A stretch of 5,008 nucleotides of DNA from Amoebidium appalachense (Eukaryota > Protista > Ichthyosporea): NCBI GenBank assembly GCA_963693365.1, contig CAVNZM010000139.1, forward strand, positions 1 through 5,008, read 5' to 3'. A model generated the notes under the pieces. That model made no database searches. It was not told the origin of the DNA and was given only the letters and a program-made list of their open reading frames with translations. Shown one piece after another: positions 4,894-5,008 of the stretch; the stretch's first letter is position 1, and each line of letters starts with the position of its first letter. The position numbers were made by a program, and so were the translations under genes.

Positions 4894-5008
4894 TCATACC
4901 CGAGCCCGAAGATCGTGCGGACTTCCAGAGCACGGTGCACGTACGTACGTTCTCCAGAGCGTCCAATACAATCCAAACTAACGCGTGAAGAACCATGTGC
5001 TGTTGCTC

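Overview
This window reads as a compact, intron-free fragment of a eukaryotic, probably nucleus-replicating, large dsDNA virus genome, or an endogenous copy of one. That assignment is inference: no hallmark gene is present and I recognise none of the proteins. Five probable minus-strand genes lie at <1-507 (missing from the ORF track), 1809-2141, 2244-3122, 3356-3646 and ~3762-4717 (a disrupted LRR-like gene). One probable plus-strand two-TM gene lies at 1559-1828. The genes are punctuated by RNA polymerase II-type signals (TATA, CCAAT, GC box, CRE, YY1-like) and AATAAA signals. A ~1 kb divergent intergenic region (508-1558) holds three repeat families: 5.3 x 60-63 bp, a degenerate ~40 bp pair, and 7.6 x 30 bp units packed with GC-box/CCAAT/DR1 motifs. 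It is a candidate origin/enhancer. The 483-aa ORF in the track is a chimeric by-product of a gene carrying an internal TAG, a 1-nt frameshift and no stop before its polyA signal.
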